From: Flavobacteriales bacterium
Lineage (GTDB): Bacteria > Bacteroidota > Bacteroidia > Flavobacteriales_C > GCA-002722245
DNA: 64,000 nucleotides
Assembly (NCBI GenBank): GCA_002717515.1
Contig: PBEC01000011.1
Coordinates: forward strand, 41,902 to 105,901
Reading direction: 5' to 3'
Made by a program: the position numbers and the translations under genes. Below the pieces are notes generated by a model. It was given only the letters and a program-made list of their open reading frames with translations, did no database searches and was not told the origin of the DNA. Positions 18,525-28,229 of this stretch are shown in pieces (the first letter of the stretch is position 1; each line of letters opens with the position of its first letter).

Positions 18525-19733
18525 TTGAAAATATTAGTCTTTACTTCATATCTTACTATTCCCTCTTTAAAAGGTTTTAACAAAAACCAAAGTGGATTCG
18601 GATATATGGTGGCCAATATTACTTTGGGATTAGCAAAAAATAAAAGTTTAAATATCAATGTGTTAACACAATCCAACTTTACTAAGGCTGGTCAACACGA
18701 AAACTTATTTATTTTAAAAAGGAGCTTTACGAAAATGCTCTGCTTTCTCAGGTTTAATTCGATTTACAGCGCTTTAATTGAGCGAAATAAATATAAAAAA
18801 ATAGGTTTTGGAAGGCTTCTTTTGTACAAAATCACCTGCAACTACTTCAACTCAATTTGCACCCAATATGATGTCGTCCATATTCACGGCGTAAGCCCTT
18901 ACACCTTTGATGCCATAGACTATTGTATTAAAAATAAAATAAAAGGCCTTGTCACCATACACGGTATAAATTATCTGAACCGATCCATTGGATTGTCCAC
19001 CCTACAAAAAGAAAAAGAAAAATATTTCATAAAAAAAATCACGGAATCAGAAAATCTTACTCTGTCTGTGATCAGTAATGGAATTAAAAAAAGAGTTATT
19101 GAATCCTTAAATTTGAAACCTAATAACATTGAGTTGATTCCCAACTTCCATGATTTCAACGAGGCAAATGTAGATCGCACTCAAAATATTAAAACAAAAT
19201 ACAACATTCCTAAAAGCTCAAAAATTATTCTTTCGGTAGGGAATTACAGTAGAAATAAAAACCAAAATCAACTTATTGACGCTTTTAACTTACTCAATAA
19301 CAACGACACATACCTAATTCTTGTTGGTACTGGTACAGAAAACTTCTTGAATTCAATTGAAAAAAAGAATTTAAATCAAAGGGTAATTGCATGTGGTCAA
19401 ATCGCAAAAAAGGATTTACCCAATTATTATTTATCCTCTGATGTATTAGCTGTAACTAGTATTTCGGAAGGTTTTGGTCTTCCAATGATAGAAGCTCTGT
19501 TTTTCGGTTTGCCCGTAATAACATTTAAAGATATTGATGCGGTAGAGGATATCTTTGATAATAATAACCTAATGCTTGTTGAAGAACGCACAACAAAATG
19601 TTATGCAAAAGGAATAGAAAAAGCTTTAAATAAGAAATGGGACTCAAAGATGCTTAAAAATAGTGTTCGAAAATTTGATGCGAATACGATACTAAGTCAA
19701 TACCAAAAAACACTAAGAAAATCTAAGACATAA
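18525..19733 (+). CDS. glycosyltransferase family 4 (GT-B, Glycos_transf_1)
   Basis: C-terminal motif EGFGLPMIEALFFGLPVI typical of GT4. The start appears to be TTG at 18525, with no in-frame ATG near the N-terminus. Confidence 0.7.
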   Translation: MKILVFTSYLTIPSLKGFNKNQSGFGYMVANITLGLAKNKSLNINVLTQSNFTKAGQHENLFILKRSFTKMLCFLRFNSIYSALIERNKYKKIGFGRLLLYKITCNYFNSICTQYDVVHIHGVSPYTFDAIDYCIKNKIKGLVTIHGINYLNRSIGLSTLQKEKEKYFIKKITESENLTLSVISNGIKKRVIESLNLKPNNIELIPNFHDFNEANVDRTQNIKTKYNIPKSSKIILSVGNYSRNKNQNQLIDAFNLLNNNDTYLILVGTGTENFLNSIEKKNLNQRVIACGQIAKKDLPNYYLSSDVLAVTSISEGFGLPMIEALFFGLPVITFKDIDAVEDIFDNNNLMLVEERTTKCYAKGIEKALNKKWDSKMLKNSVRKFDANTILSQYQKTLRKSKT

Positions 19734-19734
19734 A

Positions 19735-20703
19735 ATGTTCAGCATAATAAAAAAAATAGCTCCTAGTCTTGCCCCCAAAATTCATATTTTCATTGGCAGA
19801 ATGTATGACTTTAAAAAATTTGCAAAACACTGCAGTAGCGTTAAGCCCAATATTAGCCAAGCAAAGCTTCAGGCTTATATTACTCGTCAATATCACGGTA
19901 TAGAAAAAGGCCTTACTTTACCCGATACTCGTTTAGGGTTTGGAGAGTCATTAATCATTGCCATCACAAACAACCTCAACACCTATATTTCTAAATTCGA
20001 AATAGACAGCCTTGTTTCTCATGCAGCATCAACTTTAAAAAAGTATAAAGAATTTAATTCCACTGTATTGGATGAAAACGGTGACGTTTTAAAACGAATT
20101 AACTCGATACTAACCAGAGTTGAAAATCATAATTCCTCGATTCACAGAGAACTAAGTAAAGAAGAAATTGATCGATCAACAAATTTTGATTTTACTGCCT
20201 TTATGAAAACTCGAAGAAGCGTACGAGATTTTGCAGAAGGAGATGTTGACAACAAGCTATTAGAGCAATGTATTTTAGATGCAATGGAATCTCCTTCTGC
20301 GTGCAATCGACAAGGGTGGAGGGTACGAATATTTGAAGGGGATAAAAAAGATCATATACTTAAGTTTCAAAATGGGAACCGAGGATTTAATTCTTGCATA
20401 AACAAAGTTTTGTTTGTGACGGGTTACAGCGAAGCCTACAGCTATACTGAAAGAAACGGAATGATTGTAGACGGGTCTTTATTTGCTATGTCTCTCATTT
20501 TAGCAATGCATAGTAGAGGAATTGGGTCTTGTCCTCTAAACACATCATATACCTACAAAGATGAGATTAAGCTTAGAAAAGGAATAAACCTTCCTCTTAG
20601 TGAAGAACCAATTATGATGATTGCAGTTGGTAATTTAAAAGACAACTATCGGGTTGCTGCATCTCCAAGAAAACCACTCGAAGACGTTTTAATTAAGCAT
20701 TAA
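19735..20703 (+). CDS. nitroreductase-family protein with ~150-aa N-terminal extension
   Basis: The C-terminal half carries the nitroreductase signature (TRRSVRDF..., SPSACNRQGWRVRIF). It is embedded in the polysaccharide operon, 1 bp after the GT4 gene. Confidence 0.6.
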   Translation: MFSIIKKIAPSLAPKIHIFIGRMYDFKKFAKHCSSVKPNISQAKLQAYITRQYHGIEKGLTLPDTRLGFGESLIIAITNNLNTYISKFEIDSLVSHAASTLKKYKEFNSTVLDENGDVLKRINSILTRVENHNSSIHRELSKEEIDRSTNFDFTAFMKTRRSVRDFAEGDVDNKLLEQCILDAMESPSACNRQGWRVRIFEGDKKDHILKFQNGNRGFNSCINKVLFVTGYSEAYSYTERNGMIVDGSLFAMSLILAMHSRGIGSCPLNTSYTYKDEIKLRKGINLPLSEEPIMMIAVGNLKDNYRVAASPRKPLEDVLIKH

Positions 20704-20705
20704 GT

Positions 20706-21902
20706 ATGTTTGAGGAATTAAACAAAAAACTCGTAAACATAATTATTCCTGTATGCATTATGCTTGCACCGTATGCTTTGCTAAAACAGTTTTACAGCGT
20801 AGGCATGTTGATTTGCTTAATCTACGCTTTATTCTCTATCTCCTTTTTAAAAAATGATATTTTAGTGCCAAAATCACTGTTGTTATTTTTCTTGTCGTTT
20901 CTCGGGATTTACACAATAAATCTATTTCGTAACGGAGAGCAATCATTTGGTATGATTAACTTCATAATTGGAGCGGTTTTGACCTTTTTTTATATTGGTT
21001 CCATGATTAAGTATTTCGAATTCGAACGGTTTTATAAAACGTATAAAATTCTGTGTATTCTATCTTCCTTACTTGTGATCTTTCAAGGCGTAAGGTTATT
21101 CCTTTTCGACATTCCCGCTGTTCCAATAAACCTGTTACCAGTTGCTGAAGCAGATTACAGTTACTGGGACTTTTTTAAAGGCGAAAGGCCAAGCGGATTT
21201 TTCTCAGAGCCTCAAGCTTTCTGTTCATTTATTTTACCCTTTTTTATATTTTCTCTTTATCGAAAAGAATATGCTTTATCGCTTTTAACCTTCATTGCAA
21301 TTCTACTTTCTGCATCAACATTAGGATTAGCCATTTCTTTGATTGTTGGCGTATACTTTATGTTCTTTGAAAAAGAAAGGTCTCGATTCTCCAAGGTGTT
21401 CATCTTAACAGGTTTTTTAACAATTTTTGGAACACTTACTTATTTAGGAATACTTGATGCAAGTATAAAAAAAATAGCAAACACTCCTTTAGAAAACAAC
21501 ATTAGACTCGTCAGGGGGTTTTACATTTACAGTACGTTTAATCCAATTGATTTATTCCTGGGAATTAGTAGAGACCTTCAACAATACGTAATAACATCAA
21601 TCAACGAGAGCTGGGTTTCCCTTTATACCTCTTCTGGAAACGAAAGATTACTTGGTTATACAACTTCTTTTTCCGGACTTTTGATTCAATTTGGGCTACC
21701 AAGTTTTATTCTATATCTGCTGTTTTTGTGGAAGTGTTTCGTAAATTCGTCCAAGGATTCCAAGGTGCTTGTACTTGTCACTTTTGTGCTTTGTTTTGTA
21801 CAAACTATAATATTTAATGCTTGGTTTGTTTTTTATCTCTGCATAATACTTGGAATGCTCCATGAACAAAAAAAGATTAATTTTTTAACCATTAGGCTTT
21901 AA
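20706..21902 (+). CDS. O-antigen/repeat-unit polymerase-like polytopic membrane protein (Wzy-like)
   Basis: About 10 predicted TM helices, with a larger loop around residues 150-175, as in Wzy/O-antigen ligase family proteins. The assignment rests on topology and context only. Confidence 0.45.
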   Translation: MFEELNKKLVNIIIPVCIMLAPYALLKQFYSVGMLICLIYALFSISFLKNDILVPKSLLLFFLSFLGIYTINLFRNGEQSFGMINFIIGAVLTFFYIGSMIKYFEFERFYKTYKILCILSSLLVIFQGVRLFLFDIPAVPINLLPVAEADYSYWDFFKGERPSGFFSEPQAFCSFILPFFIFSLYRKEYALSLLTFIAILLSASTLGLAISLIVGVYFMFFEKERSRFSKVFILTGFLTIFGTLTYLGILDASIKKIANTPLENNIRLVRGFYIYSTFNPIDLFLGISRDLQQYVITSINESWVSLYTSSGNERLLGYTTSFSGLLIQFGLPSFILYLLFLWKCFVNSSKDSKVLVLVTFVLCFVQTIIFNAWFVFYLCIILGMLHEQKKINFLTIRL

Positions 21903-21903
21903 A

Positions 21904-23028
21904 ATGAAAAAATTCGGAGTTATTACCACAAATAGAGCGATTAACTATGGTGCCGTTTTACAATGTTTAGCACTTAGTAAAAAAATTGACAGTTTTCAAG
22001 ATGTTGAATGCAATGTAATCGATTATGCTCCCATAAAAAAAACATACGGAAGAACTATTTCTTACAAGTTCAAATCAATTAAAGACATCTTGTATTCATT
22101 AATTTTATTTTTAAATAAATCCTACCGAAAAGGACATGAAACAAAAATAAAAGGATTTGATAATTTTATATTCAACAAGCTCAAAAACAGCTCAAAAACC
22201 TACGTTAATGCTTCAGACTTTGGGGAAGAGCTAAATGAATATGATGCCCTGGTTTGTGGAAGCGATCAAATTTGGAATTTAAACATCATAGATGACCCTG
22301 TTTTTTTCCTTGATTTCAACGGATTCTCTCCCGAAGTAAATAAAGTAGCATACGCGCCGAGTATTACGGAAATAATGTCCAATACTCAGGTTGAAAAAAT
22401 AAAATCTAGAATAGCGGGATTCAAGGCACTATCTATGCGAGAAAGAAAAAGCGCAGAAAAATATACAAACCTTCTTGGCAGAGAAGTAAAAAATGTTTTG
22501 GATCCTGTTTTTCTTTTAGATGAAAAAGATTGGTTAGAAATTGAGGAAAAACCTAAAAATATTGAAAAGCCCTTTATTTTATCCTACGGACTTGTAAGTG
22601 ATCCATTATTCAAAGATTGCATATCTGAACTAAAAAAGAAACACAAAGGAATTAAGCACGTTGATTTGCAAGTTAGGCCATTCAATAAATACAAGGCTGA
22701 AATTTGTACAAATGTTTTTTCACCAGAAAATTTTGTCTGGTTGTTCAGAAATGCAGAATATACATGTACAAGCTCATTCCACGGAACCTGTTTCTCAATC
22801 ATTTTTAATAAAAAGTTTATTTCGGTACCAGCAAGAGATAGAAGCTTACGAATAGAAAATATCGTTGAAATTCTTGGTTTAGAAGAAAGACACATTAAAA
22901 ATCCTGAGGAGATAAAAATAGCCTTAAATAAGGCCCCTGATTTCGAGAAATCTAACCAGTTATTGTCCGAAAAGAAGAAAGAGTCATTAACGTATTTGAA
23001 AAATGCTTTAGAAATTGAAACTGAATAA
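21904..23028 (+). CDS. polysaccharide pyruvyl transferase family protein
   Basis: N-terminus KKFGVITTNRAINYGAVLQCLALSKK resembles the hallmark start of the pyruvyl-transferase family (xIGIxTxxxxxNYGxxLQxYAL). Confidence 0.65.
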   Translation: MKKFGVITTNRAINYGAVLQCLALSKKIDSFQDVECNVIDYAPIKKTYGRTISYKFKSIKDILYSLILFLNKSYRKGHETKIKGFDNFIFNKLKNSSKTYVNASDFGEELNEYDALVCGSDQIWNLNIIDDPVFFLDFNGFSPEVNKVAYAPSITEIMSNTQVEKIKSRIAGFKALSMRERKSAEKYTNLLGREVKNVLDPVFLLDEKDWLEIEEKPKNIEKPFILSYGLVSDPLFKDCISELKKKHKGIKHVDLQVRPFNKYKAEICTNVFSPENFVWLFRNAEYTCTSSFHGTCFSIIFNKKFISVPARDRSLRIENIVEILGLEERHIKNPEEIKIALNKAPDFEKSNQLLSEKKKESLTYLKNALEIETE

Positions 23029-24406
23029 ATTTCTAAAAGAGTCCAGTATTTATATTGTATTATCCTTCATTCAAAAAGGGCTCTCTTTCTTATTAGTTCC
23101 TTTCTATACTGTTTTTTTATCTCCACATGAGTTTGGATTGGTCAATCAGGTAATTGCCCTGCATTCTATTTACATTTTAATAATTAGTTTCTCATTAAAT
23201 GAAGCCATTGCAAAGGGGATTATGAATGACGAAAGTGAAGGAAAAAAGAAAGTACGAATGAATATCGTTCTGCTTAATTTTGGACTTGTACTATTCGGAA
23301 CTCTAATCCTTTTAATTTTTAAACCATGGTTGTATTCAAATCTTCTAAAAGAGGCAAATGATGCAATCATTTACTGCAGCATAGTCATTGTTGCCAGTAC
23401 TCCAATCTTCTTTATTTATCAAAAATTTTTACGAATGATTGGTGAGCCAATGCGTTATGCAAGAACAATGATTGCGTTCATTGTGCTACAGGTTCTATTC
23501 AGCGTTGTTTACATTTACCTCTTTGACTTAGGTTCATTGGGATATATGCTTGCAATCGCTTCAGTTTCTTCTCTTTTTGGTTGTTACAGTTATTTCAAGC
23601 TGGCTGTATTTGACAAAAGTTTCATTAGTCTTTCCGAAATAAAACAACACTTTACTTATTCCTTAAAATTGATTCCCCACAGTATTTCAGGATGGGGAAT
23701 GAATGGATTCACCAATTATGCATTAGGAAAACTTGGTCAACTTGCATCCGTAGGTATTCTGAATGCAATAAACATCGTAGGGGTATTAATAAACGTCGTT
23801 TCTAAGTCAATCTTAGACGCTCTTCAACCTTGGATATACACCCAGTTAAAAGAAAAAGAAAAAAATCATCACAAAATAAAACAAATTGTTAATTTGCTTT
23901 GTGGACTCATGGTTGGAATCGGAATATTCATCATAATGTTTGATGAGTTTTTTCTCAAAATTGCTCTTCCAGAAAAATATTACGAAGGCATTATTTATGC
24001 TCCGTTTTTAGTTTTAAACAGCGTAATTCTTGCAATGGGATCCATGACTGTTTATGTAATCTACTACTTTGACAGTAAAGTAAAATACGTTTCTATTTCA
24101 ACATTAACAGGCGCAGTAATAAATATAATTTTAGGATATATTTTAATTAAAAACTATGAAATCATTGGTGCCATAACGTCATTAGTGATTACTAATTTTA
24201 TCATAACAATCATTAAATCCTACATTTCAAGCCGAATTATAAAGTTGCCTTATAACATGTACGACCTATATGCTGTAATCACAGGTACGGCTTTCGCAGT
24301 TCATTTATATCCTGAATATAAGCCTTACGTTTGTATTCTTTCTTTAATCTATCTAGGAATTAAACTATTTTTGCTTGCAAAAAGACTAAACTATGAGCAA
24401 CAATAA
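23015..24406 (+). CDS. wzx: oligosaccharide flippase (Wzx, polysaccharide biosynthesis protein family)
   Basis: 12-14 TM helices with the typical Wzx N-terminus (SSIYIVLSFIQKGLSFLLVPFYTVFLSPHEFG). Likely TTG start at 23015, overlapping the upstream gene by 14 bp. Confidence 0.7.
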   Translation: MKLNKFLKESSIYIVLSFIQKGLSFLLVPFYTVFLSPHEFGLVNQVIALHSIYILIISFSLNEAIAKGIMNDESEGKKKVRMNIVLLNFGLVLFGTLILLIFKPWLYSNLLKEANDAIIYCSIVIVASTPIFFIYQKFLRMIGEPMRYARTMIAFIVLQVLFSVVYIYLFDLGSLGYMLAIASVSSLFGCYSYFKLAVFDKSFISLSEIKQHFTYSLKLIPHSISGWGMNGFTNYALGKLGQLASVGILNAINIVGVLINVVSKSILDALQPWIYTQLKEKEKNHHKIKQIVNLLCGLMVGIGIFIIMFDEFFLKIALPEKYYEGIIYAPFLVLNSVILAMGSMTVYVIYYFDSKVKYVSISTLTGAVINIILGYILIKNYEIIGAITSLVITNFIITIIKSYISSRIIKLPYNMYDLYAVITGTAFAVHLYPEYKPYVCILSLIYLGIKLFLLAKRLNYEQQ

Positions 24407-25751
24407 CTTCATTATTGTTGATGGCAAACCAATTAACGAAAATGAGATTCCTCATTTTTATCCACTTTCCATAGTAAAATATCAACCCTCATACAACTCT
24501 ATAATTCGATTCATTGTTGAGGAAGTGTATGGAATTTCCAAAAAATCTAAAAAATATCCAGTTTACATAAATCTTCTTGCAAGTAAGTCATTAAAAGTAA
24601 AATATTTGGCTATTCTTCTGGAAATTTCCAAAAATCACAATCTCGAAGAAGTTCATCTTGATTACTTACCAAGAAAAGTTGCCGAAATGATGAATATTTC
24701 ATTTCGAGAGTCTGAAAAAAAAATAGATCTTATCGATAAAAGAGAACGTTTTGCAACACTCCCAAAATACATCGCAAATTTACTTTTCTCCCTTTTCGGA
24801 TTTTTCATTCGTAAGCAAAAAGGTGAAAAACCTGAGTCTGTAGTTCGAGCATGGGTTGATGTTGATGAAAAACTACACAAAGATGAATTTGAAAAAAGTA
24901 TGATTTACATCTACCCTTTTGGAATTAATTTCAAAAGGTCAATAAAATTTATCCGAAAAGTATTTAAATCCTGTGAAAATGTAAGTTTGAGAGGAATAAA
25001 CTATAGTGCTTATAACACTCTAAAAGTCATTTTTTCCAAGGAACTTGTACATGCTCTTGTTGATTTTGAATACACAGGAATGAAGTCGCACTCAAAAACC
25101 ATGCTGAAATTCAAAAAAATATACACCTCGGATGAATTTCAGGTAGCTGCACCAATAATTTACAGAAACAAAAAAGATACTTTTGTTCTAAATAGAGCTC
25201 ACGGAATGGGGTGTTATAACTTAGAAATCAACTACGATGAATTTCATTTATTTAATACCGTTCAACAAGAATTTTATTCGAAAAACAACCCCTTTACGAA
25301 ATACAAAACCTATCCTTCAGAATCCTCTATTCAAACAACAAATGTATCTCAAAAAACAAGCTTTTTTGTGGTATATATCGACCAGGGAGATTTAACAAAA
25401 TATCATTATTTCTATGAAGCGAATCTTCAAAAAAAATTAGTAGAAACACTACAGGATATAAACAATCAAGGAAACAAAAAAGTTTTTGTAAAATATCATC
25501 CAAATAGAAATGAAAAAGAAAAAAAAGATTTTTATGCCCTTTATGGTCTTGAATCAATTCAGGCGTTTAATGAAAGTGAAAATTATGTTTTTATAAATTT
25601 ATACTCAACATCTTATTTTGATTACAAGAAGTTTGGATCGTTTTTATTTGTGAAAGACCATTCCTTTTCTCCAAAATATTTCTTTGGAGATGATATTAAT
25701 AGCATTCATATTGATAAACTTAAGAACACCCTTTTAAGCTATGAAAATTAA
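24393..25751 (+). CDS. hypothetical protein (452 aa), unknown family; candidate glycosyltransferase
   Basis: Long ORF overlapping both neighbours (wzx upstream by 14 bp, the acetyltransferase gene downstream by 11 bp). No motifs I recognise, no TM helices and no signal peptide. Confidence 0.5.
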   Translation: MSNNNFIIVDGKPINENEIPHFYPLSIVKYQPSYNSIIRFIVEEVYGISKKSKKYPVYINLLASKSLKVKYLAILLEISKNHNLEEVHLDYLPRKVAEMMNISFRESEKKIDLIDKRERFATLPKYIANLLFSLFGFFIRKQKGEKPESVVRAWVDVDEKLHKDEFEKSMIYIYPFGINFKRSIKFIRKVFKSCENVSLRGINYSAYNTLKVIFSKELVHALVDFEYTGMKSHSKTMLKFKKIYTSDEFQVAAPIIYRNKKDTFVLNRAHGMGCYNLEINYDEFHLFNTVQQEFYSKNNPFTKYKTYPSESSIQTTNVSQKTSFFVVYIDQGDLTKYHYFYEANLQKKLVETLQDINNQGNKKVFVKYHPNRNEKEKKDFYALYGLESIQAFNESENYVFINLYSTSYFDYKKFGSFLFVKDHSFSPKYFFGDDINSIHIDKLKNTLLSYEN

Positions 25752-26358
25752 ATATCTAATCTCTAAATTGATAAAAAAATCAAGGCTTTCATCCGTAAAA
25801 AACAGCTCCATTCATTCATCATCAAAAATAGAATCAGGAACGCTTTTTGTGAACAGCTCTATGAATAAACATTCTTTTTGTGGCTACGACAATGAAATTA
25901 TAAACACAAAAATAGGTTCATTTTGCTCAATTGGTAATCATGTTAAAATTGGAGGTGGAGAACACCCCTACAGCTGGGTATCAACGTCACCTGTATTTTA
26001 CAAGGGTAGGGACAGTGTAAAAGCTAAGTTTTCTGAATTTGATAGAGACGAAATTCGAACAACATTTATCGGTAATGATGTATGGATTGGACAAAACTCA
26101 CTTATAAAACAAGGCATTAAAATTGGACATGGCGCTATTATTGGAATGGGTAGTGTTGTTACAAAAGACGTTGAACCATATTCCATTGTAGCTGGAGTCC
26201 CCGCAAAAAAAATTAAACTTCGGTTTTCTGAAGATTTGATAAGCAAACTTATTAAATCAAAATGGTGGGATTTGAAAGAAGATGAATTAAACAAAGCTGC
26301 TGAAAACATTAAAAACCCTATAAAATTCTTAGAATCAATTAATAAAAGTAACTTTTAA
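25741..26358 (+). CDS. sugar O-acetyltransferase, hexapeptide-repeat (CatB/Vat-like xenobiotic acetyltransferase family)
   Basis: Hexapeptide repeats IGSFCSIGNHVKIGGGEHPYSW and IGNDVWIGQNSLIKQGIKIGHGAIIGMGSVV. The loop insertion is typical of the CatB/Vat subfamily. Confidence 0.7.
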   Translation: MKIKYLISKLIKKSRLSSVKNSSIHSSSKIESGTLFVNSSMNKHSFCGYDNEIINTKIGSFCSIGNHVKIGGGEHPYSWVSTSPVFYKGRDSVKAKFSEFDRDEIRTTFIGNDVWIGQNSLIKQGIKIGHGAIIGMGSVVTKDVEPYSIVAGVPAKKIKLRFSEDLISKLIKSKWWDLKEDELNKAAENIKNPIKFLESINKSNF

Positions 26359-26476
26359 CTCAATAATTGTAACTCTGCACAACAAGGCTTAAATTTGGAC
26401 TTTAGAAATTTCACCTATTATCATCGTTACCTGAGATATCTAATATTTGTTTACTTAATAACAAAAGACTTTACAG

Positions 26477-27616
26477 ATGACTGAAAGAGAATATCAAGTA
26501 TGTTCAACATGCGTAATGGACACAACCGACAGCAACATTTCATTTGATGAGAATGGAGTTTGCGACCATTGCAATACTTTCTTCAGAGATATTAAACCCA
26601 AATGGCATACCGATGAGAGGGGCGAAAAAGAAATAAAAGAAATTGTAAAAAAAATAAAGAAAAAAGGAAAAGGGAAAGACTTCGATTGCATAATGGGAAT
26701 GAGCGGAGGGATCGATAGCTCTTATCTTTTATATTTAGCAGTAAAAAAATTAGGATTACGTCCTTTGGTTTTTCATGTTGATGCGGGCTGGAACTCTCAA
26801 GAGGCTGTAAATAATATCGAAAAAATGGTCGATAAACTTGGCCTGGATCTTTATACTGAAGTTATCGATTGGGAAGAAATGAAAGATCTTCAGCTTGCTT
26901 ATTTTAAAGCGGGTGTTTCAAATATCGACACACCACAAGACCATAGTTTTTTTGCAACAATGTATAAATTTGCAAATGAACATAATGTAAAATATATCCT
27001 AACGGGAGGGAATTACTCAACAGAATGTGTTCGAAACCCCCTGGAATGGATGTATTACCAATCTGATTCCATTCAACTAAAGGACATCTATAAAAAATAC
27101 GGTTCGGCTAAACTCAAAAACTTCCCCATAACCAATATTCTCTGGCATAAAGTCTATTTGCCTTATGTAAAAGGTATAAAATTAATTCGCCCTCTTGATT
27201 TCATGGAATACGATAAAGAGGCAGCAACACAGTTTTTAGTTAATGAATTCGGCTATCAAAGGTATCCTCAAAAGCATTTTGAATCCAGATTTACAAGATT
27301 CTACGAATCCTATTGGTTAACGGAAAAGTTTGGATACGACACAAGAAAAGTTCAATATTCAAGCCTCATTCTGACCGACCAAATGACGCGAGAAGAAGCA
27401 TTAAAAAAATTAGAATCACCGGCTTACAATCCTGACACTATAAAAGATGATTTTGAATACATCGCTACAAAACTGGGGATTACTGTCGAAGAACTTCAGG
27501 GCTATATGGATCAACCCAATAGAAGTAATAAAGAGTTTAAATCACAAGAAAGTATTTATTCTATTGGAGCAAAAGTAATGAGACTCGTTGGACTCGAAAA
27601 AGGAGGTAAAAGATGA
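26477..27616 (+). CDS. N-acetyl sugar amidotransferase (PP-loop ATPase; WbuX/WbpG/PseA family)
   Basis: N-terminal Cys-rich motif (CSTCVMDTT...CDHC) and the PP-loop SGGxDS motif (GMSGGIDSSYLLYLAV). Followed immediately by HisH- and HisF-like genes, as in wbuXYZ. Confidence 0.8.
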   Translation: MTEREYQVCSTCVMDTTDSNISFDENGVCDHCNTFFRDIKPKWHTDERGEKEIKEIVKKIKKKGKGKDFDCIMGMSGGIDSSYLLYLAVKKLGLRPLVFHVDAGWNSQEAVNNIEKMVDKLGLDLYTEVIDWEEMKDLQLAYFKAGVSNIDTPQDHSFFATMYKFANEHNVKYILTGGNYSTECVRNPLEWMYYQSDSIQLKDIYKKYGSAKLKNFPITNILWHKVYLPYVKGIKLIRPLDFMEYDKEAATQFLVNEFGYQRYPQKHFESRFTRFYESYWLTEKFGYDTRKVQYSSLILTDQMTREEALKKLESPAYNPDTIKDDFEYIATKLGITVEELQGYMDQPNRSNKEFKSQESIYSIGAKVMRLVGLEKGGKR

Positions 27617-28227
27617 TAACAATAGTTGATTATGGCTCTGGAAATATTGAAGCGTTTGTTAATATATACAAGCGGTTAAATATTCCATGTGAAGTAGCAA
27701 CAAAACCCGAACAAATCTTAAAAGCAAAAAAAATAATTCTTCCTGGTGTTGGATCCTTCGACGAAACAATGCGAATATTAAGAGACTCCGGAATGTTAAA
27801 TGCGCTCAACAAACAAGTACTGGAAAATAAAACCCCTGTAATTGGGATATGTGTTGGAATGCAAATTTTATCCAAAAAAAGTGACGAAGGAGAATTGGAC
27901 GGTTTAGGCTGGATTGATGCAGAAGTTAAAAAATTTAACATAAATAAATTAAAAGAGAAGCCTCATTTACCTCACATGGGATGGAACACATTTCAAAGTG
28001 AAAAGGACAATCCTATTCTCGCAAATTTAGTACCAGAGAAAGGGTTTTATTTTTTACATACTTATTATTTTTCATGCAATAACCCAAAAGACGTACTAAC
28101 CTCTACCGTATATGGAGAAAGGTATACCTCTGCTATTAATCACAATAACATCTACGGGGTTCAATTTCATCCTGAAAAAAGCCATAGTAATGGGGTCCAA
28201 CTGCTTAAAAACTTTGCTAATTTATAA
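27613..28227 (+). CDS. glutamine amidotransferase, imidazole-glycerol-phosphate-synthase HisH paralog (WbuY-like)
   Basis: Class-I GATase with MITIVDYGSGNI, catalytic Cys in GICVGMQIL and the His/Glu region in YGVQFHPEKS. Its start overlaps the upstream stop by 4 bp. Confidence 0.8.
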   Translation: MITIVDYGSGNIEAFVNIYKRLNIPCEVATKPEQILKAKKIILPGVGSFDETMRILRDSGMLNALNKQVLENKTPVIGICVGMQILSKKSDEGELDGLGWIDAEVKKFNINKLKEKPHLPHMGWNTFQSEKDNPILANLVPEKGFYFLHTYYFSCNNPKDVLTSTVYGERYTSAINHNNIYGVQFHPEKSHSNGVQLLKNFANL

Positions 28228-28229
28228 TC

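Noticed and set aside
27601-27606. AGGAGG Shine-Dalgarno-like hexamer 7 nt upstream of the HisH-like start codon
   Set aside because: It lies inside the upstream coding sequence (encoding EKGGKR), and Bacteroidetes generally do not rely on SD pairing. It is likely coincidental.
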